From Bugula neritina (lineage: Eukaryota; Animalia; Bryozoa): 64,000 nt of DNA. Where the stretch lies: positions 1,798,001 through 1,862,000 of the forward strand of contig OZ037765.1 of assembly GCA_964035545.1 (NCBI GenBank). Direction: 5' to 3'. The position numbers and the translations under genes were made by a program. The notes under the pieces are model-generated. The model made no database searches. It saw only the letters and a program-made list of their open reading frames with translations, and was not told the DNA's origin. This document shows positions 14,350 to 61,912 of this stretch, piece by piece (positions within the stretch are counted from its first letter, which is position 1; each line of letters begins with the position of its first letter).

Positions 14350-14497
14350 CTTCTATTTTTCTAGCAAATGACTTCTCTCAGGCGTACATCTTGACTAGTT
14401 TAATGGCTGTTATAATTTCACTCATCAGTTTCACTCTATGCTCTGTTATGGGAATAGATCTTCCTTTGATATTAAATATTACTTTAGCCATTAGCAC
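14350..14497 (-). CDS. ABCC5: ABCC5-like exon 7 (contains TGA in place of conserved Trp)
   Basis: VLMAK..TEHRVKLMSEIITAIKLVKMYA*EKSFARKIE. Confidence 0.85.
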
Positions 14498-14973
14498 CTA
14501 GTGAAAGAAAGTAGAATCTTAGGCTAGAAACAGCTGTCTCCATAGATACAACACAACAAAATATTGCAAATAATATATAGATAAATTCAAAACCAAGAAC
14601 AAGCATGATTCGAATGAAAACTTGGTAATTAGAAACAAAAGAAAACACAGCATTGAACAAACTAGTTTTCTCACACTTATATATCTTTAACTTAATCCAA
14701 TCTATATACTGAATATAAAACATTCATTTCAGACTCTTTCAAAACTTGATGTCAACTTAATATTTATTATTGCATAATTATGCAAAAGTTTCAAAAATAT
14801 CTTTGCCTAGAAGCTGTGCAACTTTTTTTTAATAAAGTTGCAGGAGTAACTAATTGCACCAAGCAACATGATATATCAATATTATATATGCATTCAGTAG
14901 AGATTCAACTATAGTTGTGCAGGTAAGATTAAGTACTTTCAAAATGAGGCACACAATTAATTGTTCAAGTTAC

Positions 14974-15144
14974 CGGCAAAGGAAGAAAGACTAAAAAGAA
15001 GACAAATCCACTGGAACCCCAGGGTCCAAGCAGATACACAGAATATAGTCCTCCAAACACAGCACCAACACAGCCTAGACCAAAGATTCCATAGAGTATT
15101 GCTAGGTATAGTCTTTGCCCATCCACAGCACACAGATTTATAAG
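14974..15144 (-). CDS. ABCC5: ABCC5-like exon 6
   Basis: LINLCAVDGQRLY..YLLGPWGSSGF..LPLP. Confidence 0.9.
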
Positions 15145-15310
15145 CTACAAAATATACAGCACTGTTTTCTTATTTATGCTGTATGTAATGTTTCTATTTA
15201 AACTTAAAAAGTTGTGTACAACAGCAAAAAAGTCAACACTATCAGCGCTAAGCCTAGACAAGAAATACTTGGAACATTCTAGATTAAAATAAATGTGCTG
15301 TTGGGTTCAC

Positions 15311-15393
15311 CTCTCCAGCACTTTTAGACTGTATTCTTTGACTAAGAATCTTTTTGAAGACTGCAGAAAAGACTCCCCCACGCACCCTTGCAC
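15311..15393 (-). CDS. ABCC5: ABCC5-like exon 5
   Basis: GARVRGGVFSAVFKKILSQRIQSKSAGE. Confidence 0.9.
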
Positions 15394-15958
15394 CTGAAGC
15401 AAGATACTAAAACTACAGGCTATGCAATGCAATGACTTTGATGCCGGTTTATAATTAGAGCTCATTGTACGGTCACACTGTTCAATGAGTTATTTTGCAT
15501 AGATTGACTGCTGAAAATAAATAGCAATATTTTGTTTACAGTGCCATACTTACTCAGGGTTATAGAAATGATTAGATCATTAGTCTAATTGCATGTTCAG
15601 GTACATTTATACCTAATTTGTTATTTTGACTTTCTCAAATAAGCTTAAAAGCTTTTAACTGATTTTATATATTCAATGTAAGTTCGAAGCTATAGCTATA
15701 GCATAGCTATAGCATAGCTATAGCTAAATCATATATAATTGATTTGTAGCTATAGCTATAAAATATTGCATGCTATATAAAGCACAAGTTTAACAATAAC
15801 ACATGGTTGTGTTACATATAGGATAAAATTAATTATTATTGTAATTTATATGCCATAGCATGCTTATATTAGCTCAATCTCTTGAATTATATTATACAAA
15901 AATGCTTTGCTAAATTGACCCTTTAGCAATTTAAAATAAAATACATGCCAGATTTTAC

Positions 15959-16106
15959 CTGCAAGATTTCCAACAGAGAATATGACATTCTGGAGTTGTG
16001 TTGCTCCGTTTGTCCACACAGCCAGGCAGATAATATACAAGATTTTTATTCCAACTCCTGTTTCAGGATCTTCATTCAACTTCAGGAGAGTTTGGAGAAA
16101 GTAGGC
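15959..16106 (-). CDS. ABCC5: ABCC5-like exon 4
   Basis: AYFLQTLLKLNE..GNLAG; phase-compatible. Confidence 0.85.
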
Positions 16107-16284
16107 CTACAAAAATAACAAAATGTTGATTCTGGAACTTAAACTATATGTAATACTTTGATACTAGGTTCAGAAGTGTTTGCATGCAAAAATTCAAAAT
16201 AAAATAATATAATATTTTCACACAGTAAATATTGAATTCTGTTAATGTAGATTTTACTCTAAACAATTGGAATTAGTCACTCAC

Positions 16285-16432
16285 AGGTCCTATCACTGCA
16301 TATAGAGACAGGAAAATGATTAAGAATGCTGCCACATAGAATCTTGGTCTGATGAGTTTGTAGACAGCACGAATCACTGAGGACTTCTCCTTCCCATATC
16401 TAGACACTTCTTCATCCCATATTCTCTCAAAC
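16285..16432 (-). CDS. ABCC5: ABCC5-like exon 3
   Basis: FERIWDEEVSRYGKEKSSVIRAV..YAVIGP. Confidence 0.9.
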
Positions 16433-17418
16433 CTACAAATATTGGAGTTTAAAACTCGCATATCTTTTTAGTTCTTATATCCAGTGACAGTTGAAAACTC
16501 TAAGATGGATTTCAATGACAGTCTAGAATTTGAAATTTGTCTAGAGCATGTTCCAAAGAAATTTATCTCCATTCATACACATGAATCTAAAAGTAAAAGC
16601 TTGTTTCTAGAAATACACTACACCTTATAAACAACGAGTAACTTTTTCGCTGCAATGTAAATTATACTGGTTCAGACATTTGCATAACTAAATTAATAAT
16701 AAGTGTGCCAGCATGAATGCTAAGATGCACGGATGCCTGCGTGTTGTGATAACACGGATATGCTGTATGCTGGTTGCACCGTTGCAGGACCGAACTCAAC
16801 CTTCTGCCTAATACCAACAGTTTACATTTCTCACAATACTTTAACAATTATTTGGGCAGTACAGTCTAAGTTACCTGCATCTTTAACAAAAGCAAACTTT
16901 CCTCTTTCAGTTCTTTAGCTGTACTGACTTGTCAAAAAAAAGCTACCAGTAAAAAGCTATTGCAAAAGCTTTCACAAAAAGCTTTCACGAAAAGCTTTTA
17001 TCAAACAATATTTTACTTAAAGTTAGAACAAAAAGCTCCTGCAGCAATAAGCTGTGTAATTTATCACCCAAGAGTTTGTTCAGAGATAAATCAAAGGGAA
17101 AACTCCCAGTTTTGAGTTTATTTTTACGTTTTTTTATAAGAAAAGGTTTGATGAATTATTAACTCTCATGTTTTAGATCAAGCAACATATGTTTAATAGT
17201 AGACTTGTTACTAAACTCTATCTAGCTCAACGTATCACAGCCTCCAAAAGTTAAAAAACCCATCAATAATTATTGGCATTAGCATAACTGACTGGTGTTT
17301 ACTCCTATAAAATACCAAACATTCACAATAGTTGCTGCATATAAAAAAATAGCAAAAATATGATTTAATTTGAAGTTAGCGATTTGTTCTCAACTCCAGT
17401 CTATGATTCTGCATAATA

Positions 17419-17800
17419 GTAGTATAGGAAGCCACTTTTCAACTAGTTTACATCACTGGGAGAATTGTACAGGGCGTTTTAAAATAGTTTACATCTCTAT
17501 CTATATTGGACTTGAGACAGTCATTGTCCTACCCACAGACAGCCTTATCAATAGGCACACTCACAACAGTTGGACTTTTACTCATTTCCTAAACAACAAG
17601 TCCAAACATGTTGAATATGCTATGTTATGGTGTTATGGTGTTATAAACTCTTGAATGCTTTTGGTAGCTATGCATCTAATAAACTGTAAACTATTTCTAA
17701 ACGGCTAGTATCACGTAAAATGGAATGTAAACTATTTTAAAACACCCTGTACAATTCTCCCAGTGATGTAAACTAGTTGAAAAGTGGTTTCCTATACTAC
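17419..17800. mobile_element. MITE / palindromic element with 76-bp inverted arms containing Tc1/mariner-like TA-CAGGGYG ends
   Basis: 17419-17494 vs 17725-17800 are inverted with 2 mismatches. Internal TA|CAGGGCGTTTT (17468) and AAAACACCCTG|TA (17751). Confidence 0.8.
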
Positions 17801-18560
17801 CAATAATCTATGCTGAGTTATATATTTCGTATGCGTTGCTCACCAGTCAAGTTCTAAGTGATCAGCACCTTGGGATTATTTACATTCTACACTGAATAAA
17901 GCTATAAGACTGAATAGCTACTTGGCTATATGTGCTATTGTTAGGCTCTTCAACTTCTATTACTTTAATATAATTATAATACAGCATGCCGTAACTATAT
18001 GCATTAAAAACAATACATCATTACAATAAAACAATGAAACAAAACTAATAAACACATATTTATCTTCAACTATTTTAAAAAGAAATTGATAGACTAAAAT
18101 GCTGTTCTATCAATTACTTAACAGGTAGAATAAAAGGGTGGCAGAGCATGCTGCATGTAAATTTAAATTTATGTCAAAAACAATTTTAGACTAACGCAAA
18201 CAGTATATTAAAAACTTGTTTGCTAGAAATGCCAAGTTTGCTGCTAAATATTCTTAGCCAGAGACTGCAGCTGCACTGAATCATATTGAGTTTGAAAATT
18301 TAGTTTTCAATTCATGACTGAATTTGGCCCAAAGCATGTGGAAATTATAATTGGATTCTAAAACTATTTTCATTGCAATGGGTGCCACCAAGTTAGCAAT
18401 TCTCTAACTGATGTTTCCTAGATTATAGGTGGCAGCTTTCCAGCACGATAAAAAAATCCTGTAGACCACCGGATAAAAACTTCTAAACAGTGAGATAACT
18501 AGAAAACTGCATAAAATAATAGTTTTAGCAACCAATAAGAGTGAATGGCAAACTTAATAC

Positions 18561-18561
<1 letters not shown>

Positions 18562-18616
<55 letters not shown>

Positions 18617-18672
18617 ACGTGTTTGTGTGTTTGTGTGTTTGTGTGTTTGTGTGTTTGTGTGTGTGTGTGTGT
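18562..18672. repeat. (TG)n microsatellite
   Basis: Direct inspection. Confidence 0.95.
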
Positions 18673-18695
18673 ACACATTTATCTCCACAACTCAC

Positions 18696-18854
18696 ATGTT
18701 CATATTACAGGAAGCCGAGTCTCTCCACGGTGTATCATAAAGGTCATCCTGGGTCAACTCATTCTTGTTAGACTGAAATATTAGTTTGTTGAGCCAGACT
18801 CCAGTGGCGTAACTTAAAGGTCCCGCAGTGATAAGTGGAAGAGTTTTAGGATTC
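18696..18854 (-). CDS. ABCC5: ABCC5-like exon 2 (lasso region)
   Basis: LPLITAGPLSYATGVWLNKLIF..ELTQDDLY..DSASCN; AG / GTGAGT. Confidence 0.85.
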
Positions 18855-19390
18855 CTGCAACAATAAATTTATCTTTATTCAGTAAAAATGAGTTTTACAA
18901 AAATGTTTTAATAAAAGAGGTTTCAAACCAGAATAATTTTTCACTCTTTTGAAATCAAGTGATTAGCTTTGTAAAATAATTTTCACCTGTTAAAAAAATG
19001 AAAGTAATTGAAATAGTTTGTATAAAAAGTTTTTCTCCAGAAATATCTACTAAGCAGAAAATAAACATTAATAATTACAGTTATCTTAGTTAGTAGTTAG
19101 GTAGCTAAATAAATTTAGCATGAATTTATTATAATTTCTGTAGTCTACATCTATTTTCAAACTGAGCAAGATTAGCATAGCTATAACAAAGGTAACATAT
19201 TATACATCTTTAAAATCATTTAAACAACTTTAATAAAATGGAAAAATTACAACTAATCAACTAGTTGTAATGACTAAATTCATTCATTGCAGTTACCAGC
19301 TGCTTTATAAATATATCAATTACAGTAATTAAATTTTACTTGATTCCAACAGAGGAAATTTAAACTAAATTTTAAAGAATGAACAATTAC

Positions 19391-19482
19391 TTTGAGTCTG
19401 ATCTGAAGGGAATGAGGTGTTTCCATCCTTGATAAGATTTGTCTCCTTCCACTGGTTCATATCCCTCAGTATAACGAGACAT
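19391..19482 (-). CDS. ABCC5: ABCC5-like coding exon 1
   Basis: MSRYTEGYEPVEGDKSYQGWKHLIPFRSDS, GT donor, phase 2. Confidence 0.75.
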
Positions 19483-19687
19483 TTTATGTGACTTACAGTT
19501 CTGGCTATAACTGTTACCTGAAGTTAGCTAGGTAACAGTCAGGAGTAAAGTCAACTGACTCAGTTGACTGGAGGTGACACAACTAATTGTGTAGTTGAAC
19601 TTTATCTCAGCAAACCACCTAACTGTTAAGACTTGTAATGGTTTATGCTAAATCTTGAAAATGTATCTAAAGATATCAAATCATTTG

Positions 19688-19761
19688 ATTGGACGAGATA
19701 ATCGCTGCGAATCAGAATATATCAGGAATAGTAATTTTGGGCGTGTAACTGTGCAGATTGG
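19688..19761 (-). promoter_or_regulatory. Possible CCAAT-box pair upstream of the ABCC5-like gene
   Basis: Two ATTGG (CCAAT on minus strand) at 19688 and 19757, 200-280 bp upstream of the ATG. Motif match only. Confidence 0.25.
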
Positions 19762-21106
19762 CAGTGTAAGTGACATATAGTATGTAAATAAGATAATAAA
19801 AATAGTACAGTAACTGGGTCTGTCAAGTTAGTTTGGTAAAAAATAAAGGAATGAACCTAATTAACATGTTAGAAAAAGGACCAAACTTGATACATTTTAC
19901 ATTTGTTCATGCGAAATAATTCAGCATATTAACAAAAATATTTTTTTAAGCGTTATTCGAAATTCAGAAGAAGTTTTATGCTACGCTATAAATATTTGAG
20001 TTATTTCTAAAAAAATACTGTAATTCTGGATTTTTGACCCATATGCTTCTATGCATATTTTTATAGCCTGTGTCAACGTTTCATTTTGCTTAATAATTTG
20101 CTAGATATACAGAGACAAACTGAGCTGTGCCTTCTTGAAGAAAAATTGATTTGAAATTCACAATTAAAGGTGCACTTGCTTTAAAGAGTTTATAAGTTAA
20201 CTAGCAGCGGTACTACACGTATATAAAAGTTTACTACTTACTATATGTAGAACCACCATCCATAGAAGAAACTTGATGGTAATGACTTCTATAATGTCAG
20301 AACATCTTCTTGGAGCAATTGCAGCCTTTGCTTATGTCACCGATGGCCAGACTCTGGTCCTACAGTTCATGTACTCTAGTCTAACCCTATATAACTACTA
20401 GATCTTATTTGCATGGGTATATAATAAGTTTTATATAATAACACCGGTCTGGAATATTCACTACGTACTACTGGTTATAAAAATAATAATAAATATATTT
20501 TAAGTTAGGACCAAAGCAAGCTGGCAAAAATAAAAATTATTTTAGGTTTTCATAGCTTGTGAGTAAAATATGCAAATTTTGTAGCAACAAGTTATCATAC
20601 ACTGTCTTTCCCATTGAAAGTAGTGGCATAAATTTAGCTATGGTCAGTCGAGTGCAAAAATCGGTTTACACAGACCAGCATTAAAATTCCTTACTAAACT
20701 CTACGCTATGTTATGTTGCTGAAGCATTTTTATGTGTTAATTTATAACTAATTTTGACGCAATATTGAAATGTACCCAATTATATATGCATGCTAGATTG
20801 TATACCAATCAGGTTTATGGCTATTTTTACTTAAACAGCCAAATGCAAAATAACTGTCAAATATTTAATTTGCATTTGGGAAAGAATACATTAAATACAA
20901 CAATTGCCAAATTTCACTCAATAGTTTTCCTTGAAAGAAAAATAAGGCAAGCAATAGATTTTGTAAAGCACCAGGTGTGTTCTGGAAGGCGCAACACCCA
21001 TACGAGATATTATCAATAATACAGCATACTCGTCAATATATTATTTAAATAAAAAAAGTTAAAAGAATTTTGTACAAATACATTCTTGCAACTTTCATTG
21101 AGCATA

Positions 21107-21977
21107 GTATTTCTGTGTCTGTATCTGTGTTGAGTCTCTAGACCCTCGAAAGGGAGGGGGAGACCTTCACTGAGGAGTGTTATGAAGGCTTCAGAGATTC
21201 TAAGGTCTTGTATTGTCTTAGGAAGGAAACTGTTAAAGTATATGTTAGAATTTGTTAGTAATGACCGAGGCATATGTCTGGACATGTTACGTGTTAGCAT
21301 AGATAGACAATTTGTTAGTTCTTGGACGGTATTATTAATTTCAGGACAGACATTTTCCATAGCTAGGAATTTAAGTATTAACTTTATACGGCTTGATTTC
21401 CTACGAGACTCCAACGTTTCTATATTTAGCTGTTCTCGAGCCTACATACTTTGAATTCCTTTTAAACTCAAAATAAAAAGCAGTGCCTTGTTCTGGACTC
21501 GTTCTAGTTTGTGTATATCCTTTAAATAAGGGGGAAGGGTGTCTCATACTTCACTGGAGTATTTTAGCACTGGTCTAACTAATGTTAGATACGCCAACAT
21601 CTTAGCTTTTTCAGGAGCATTATGTAATGTTGATTTTATGTAACCTAGAATTTTAGTGGCTTTGGTAACAGTAAAATTAATACGTTTTTCCCATTTAAGA
21701 CTATTGTTAATGTGAATGCCAAGGTAGTTTATGGTATCCGTAACAGTTGGTGTAGTGTTGCATAAATTTTATTTTATTGTATCTAAATCAAAATGGGTTT
21801 TGCCAAAAAATACTAAGCTACACTTAGTAGGATTAAACGCCATTTTCTATTTCAGAGCCCAGCTTTCTAACTGATGGAGATCATTCTGAAAAGATACAAC
21901 AGATGGCGGATTGACTAAGAGTGAAAATATCAAAGTATCGTCAGCAAAGAGTTTTATAGATGAGGAAATACATTTGC
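21107..21977 (-). mobile_element. 5'-truncated CR1/L2-group LINE (RT C-terminal part + 3' UTR), decayed
   Basis: Minus-strand translation gives KLFADDT, FQNDLHQLESWA, MAFNPTKC, YLGIHINNSLKW, AYLTLVRPVLKY, KLERVQNKA, LESRRK and NSFLPKTI. Short 3' UTR with a CAGATA/CAGACA tail. In-frame stops. Confidence 0.85.
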
Positions 21978-22245
21978 AGATAATATGTCAATCCGACTTA
22001 ATTTTGTTTCATATGTGAGGAGCTTTTGCACGCTCTCAGTTAATTTCAATAAAAATTCGAATGCTAAACCTCATAAACTTATTTGATTGTTTGATCCAGA
22101 CTAGGTTTCTTTATTTGAAGTAGTTATACATAAATGCAGCTTATATAGTTGATAGAGTTTTCTCACAAAGCCTGTAACCATGGCGATAGCGAGTTCTACA
22201 ACAAGGTACATTAAGCAATCTAGCATTGTTTTTATGTAAAATGTT

Positions 22246-22344
22246 TGCCTCCACTGAAATTCGAACCCAAAACCTTTTGGCTTGCAAGCAGGTGCAGCGA
22301 TAACCATTACGCCATAGGAGCCACTGCCTATACTCAACACTACA
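22246..22344 (-). mobile_element. tRNA-derived dispersed repeat (TTGCAAG loop), copy 1
   Basis: A box TGGCGTAATGG, B box GGTTCGAATT, imperfect stems. Similar to the copies at 30978 and 50687. Confidence 0.6.
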
Positions 22345-24670
22345 TTTTAGTGATATAAATAGCAGCTTTTGTTCAAGTCTTTTGCCTCAACTGGTGCATT
22401 TTTATCAATTATTAAAATACTGAGGATAACTAAATTCAAACCACACAATACATACATAATATTTTAAAATAATATATAATTAAAAAGAGAACAAATGTAG
22501 AACTTTTGCCTATCTCATGCCTTGACATTTATTTTGTTGCAGTATAGCATACCTATTATGATTATGAAAGCAAAATATAGTAACAGTTATAAATCAAATT
22601 AAACTAACCATCCGTAGAATTCCAAATATTTTTTTAATTTATTGCTGCACAAAACTGAAAGTACTTAATATGTACTTTAGTGACAAAGGTGAGATAAATC
22701 CTAATTTATTCTAAGCATATGCAATGAGTATATTGAAACGTGTAATCCCAAGCTACAAACACCATTCTCATTGACTGCAGTGCAACTTAATATAGCCTTA
22801 ATTCAAGCCGTTTGCAGTAATGCAAATTAGTTTAGCTTCAGTCCCAATATTTGAAGCCACCTACACCACCTCTTTTTCAGAACAGTTTTTTTATTTCATT
22901 GTTGGAAAACGTGATTAAATATCTCTACGGCATTTTTGGAGCTTTTTCACATTTTTTTAAATACTGGGTTTCTTTTAAAAAAGTGTGGGCAACTTGCCAA
23001 GATTGTACTTTCACTTGATTTGAATATTTTTTCCTGGAAGTACTGGTATAACATCGGGTGAGGTTCAAGAACTAGAATGAGTTTGTTTTTGAGATACATT
23101 TTTCTAGGCACTATTTGTATTCCTATATATGCAGGTTGACACAATTACAAACATGGCGTGATTGATGGCTTCGTTATAGAAGAATGTTATTAATCTACCA
23201 CCATTAATTTTAATAACGTAGTATTTAACATCTTGCGATGTAATAGCAACGTTGCATTGCCATTAGAAACATGTGGCACAACTATTTATAGAAAGTAGGC
23301 TAGGGTAATGAATGTGACACAAATAGTTTGATATCATCTGTTTTCAATTTAAACATTTAGAATGAACATCGAAAAGTAAAAAAGTAATTTAATTGACAGT
23401 CTTGAAATTTTCTGCTTTCAAATATGATAAGACATATGCAAGCTCTTGTTTACTCTGGATTCTTTCATGATGCATAATATATATTCTTTTTACCAAACAA
23501 TACCTATTAAATTTTGCAGTTATATTTCAAGTCTTGCTACATAGAGAAAACCGTGATTTTTTAGTACTACAAAATGTAGCTAGATCAAGTGGAAATAGGT
23601 TTGATGCTTTCTTTTTTTATCGGCAGTGTGGTGGTGTGCTTTTCCACAAGGGTTACAATAATATAATTCAAAGTGTGCGAGTCGTTAATAAATTAGTTGA
23701 AATATAATATTTCCTATATTATTTCATTCAACTATTCTCTACCTAAAACTGATTATAGGCATCACTGCTCATCAAATTTATGCAGATTAGCTTTTGGCAA
23801 AGGTTTTCATATAAAAATTTAAGCCAGCGATAAAATAAAACAGAAATTTGAGTTGATTAGTCATATAATATTATAGCCATTTTTCACAGTTCTGTACCTT
23901 ACATGCAGCAAATAAGTTTAAAGCTCTCAGTTATAGTTTTAAAATCTGAGACAATTAAAAAAGCTGTGCCGTTGCATGTGCTTTAGGTTATCATTTTACT
24001 ATTTAACTTAGTATAGCAACTTTTAGCTTTGTGAAAGATGAGAGCTATTTCAAATAATAATAGCAATTAAACATTTACAAATGATATACAAATAAAGTTA
24101 CAATTTTTATTGTTGTATCATATTATAGCTATATATTATATTATATATTATATTATATTGTAAACTAACAGCAAAGATATGTTAGGTAAAAAAGCATAAA
24201 TTACTGGAATATAAGCCTGGTCATAATTATAACAGCACTATGTGGAAGCTCTGCATTTAAAATGCTATCACCTCTGCAACTACTCGCAGTGACTAGATTT
24301 GAAATCATAAATACATAATATACATAATTTGCATAAGCATATTGCATAAAATACAAATTGCTATCAAAAAATTAAATTTACAAATATATATTCATGCCTA
24401 ACCTGTAATACATGATGTAAGCGAAGTTTAGATTATTTATGACTACATAATGATACAAACTATAAATAAGCTTTTGCTATTGTAATAAGCTTTAGATGCA
24501 GCTTTTTAGCTACCATAGCATAAGAATATCACAAGCTCTATTATATCGTATTATGCCATGCTGTTTTAAGCTCTGTATTATATTGTTTAGTCTGCTTTAA
24601 GCCATATATCATATCGACTCATGCTCCCATAAGCTATATGCATTACATTGTTATATATGCTGTGTTAGCC

Positions 24671-60261
<35,591 letters not shown>

Positions 60262-61912
60262 GTTGATGCCGCAGTCTTTTCTATCTGATAAAGTCCAGTA
60301 GTAGCTTTCAAATACATGTAGAGTGTATGAGAACCCTCAGGTACTGTGAGAGCGCTGGCTCAGGTCTACACTCGCATTGAAAATAATTATCACTCAACGT
60401 GGCCATTAATAAAGCAAGTGCCAATCTATAAAAATATCATTACTTTCCTATAAAGCTATCGGTCAAGCAAACATTCATAAATGTTTCCTATACTACGTTG
60501 TAGTGTATTGAATAGCACCTTGCAGAAAGAGCACCTGTTAGACAGTGGCAATGCCTTTGCCACTCTCCTGACACTAGAACTCAGCTGATGACATAGCCCT
60601 ATGATTAATCAATGAGATGCCTTGCAGCTAGTAGGAGCACAAAATATGCTGGTCATGCTCTATGTGGTACTAGTCAGTATTGCAATAATAAGTTTATTTT
60701 GGAGTTCTCCACCAGTAAAGAATAAAGGGTGGAAAACTTCAAATACTTCTACATCTCCCACAGGAAATGCAAATTTCATACTCAGTAATTATAATAACAT
60801 CAGATATTTTGTATTAAGTGAGCATTGAACATGAATTTATCTTCTGTAAAGGTTTGTTGTCATCTGTATCAGAGTTCCTTTAGCCTTAGAAACAATCTCT
60901 CACTGACATATGACCGGCAAACTACACAGCCACTCATTCACTGTTAACATATTTTAGTGTTCAACTTTATCAAAATATTAAACATAATATCAGCCTTCAT
61001 AATCAGTAGTATTGATTGATGTAACATTTATCTTCTGATAATATATAATGCAATGCTTACAAATGGTTGGCAATGAGTAAGCAACTCCAATAAATAATTT
61101 TGTGTCATTGAGTGATATCGCAATTAAATTTTACAAACAAGGTTTCTATCTTCTTGGTTCCTTTTCTCAAAACTAAATAAGTTGTATAATTGTTACGAGC
61201 ATAAAGAACATTCAATTCCTAAAGGCAAGCACAGTGATTTACCCTGAAACAATGTGTAAGTAATTTACTATATAGTGTAAGTATATATGTGTGCATACTA
61301 TACTAAATTGATCAGTATAGATGCATAGTTTAGTGCTACACATGCACACAGTGGAGACATATACAGTGTGTATAGGGTAATTGAAAATTATATGTTATGA
61401 AGTATGAATAAATACAATCTCAGCATATATGCAGAAAAATACGCATTATTCAGATTATTAGTAGTTGTTTTCTCCTTAGTGCAATATGGTAAATAAGATA
61501 ACTCCTAATTACTGCTTATTGCTACGAGTGTGTGAAGCCATTTTTGTTATATAGAGCAGCATACCAATGCTATTTTACTTACGGCTGTACTTTGATAGAA
61601 ATCAACTGACTACTACAGGATGCTGGAAAATAAGCTTCTATTTCAAATCAACAATCATCAAAAACTCAATGTCGAAGGAATTACTTTGAAAGATAAAGTT
61701 TAGTTTTCATTTAAAATTTAAAAAAATAATCCGGGAGCAAACAAGACAGTTTAAAAATATGTTTTCAAAATCATATTATATTCATTGGTAGTTAATACGC
61801 ATAATAGATAAATTGTAAATATAGTACGCTTACACCCAACAAGCATTTGCAAGTATGAAGATTTGAAAGAAATCAGGTTCATAAATGCAAGAAACGTGTT
61901 TCAATAAATCTG

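Larger units (their letters stand above)
14350..19482 (-). pseudogene. ABCC5: ABCC5/MRP5-like ABC transporter, N-terminal 7 coding exons only, with in-frame TGA (probable pseudogene or truncated copy)
   Basis: Exons 19482-19391, 18854-18696, 16432-16285, 16106-15959, 15393-15311, 15144-14974 and 14497-14350 join in frame with GT-AG sites. Motifs LIPFR, FERIWDEEV, RVRGGVFSAVFKKIL, SAGELINLCAVDGQRL and RVKLMSEIITAIKLVKMYA*EK match ABCC TMD1. TGA at 14380-14378 (codon ~307). No NBD exon found in 1-14349. Confidence 0.7.

Noticed and set aside
14378-14380. Selenocysteine or alternative genetic code for the TGA
   Set aside because: The position is a conserved Trp, not Cys. All other Trp codons in the reconstructed genes are TGG.
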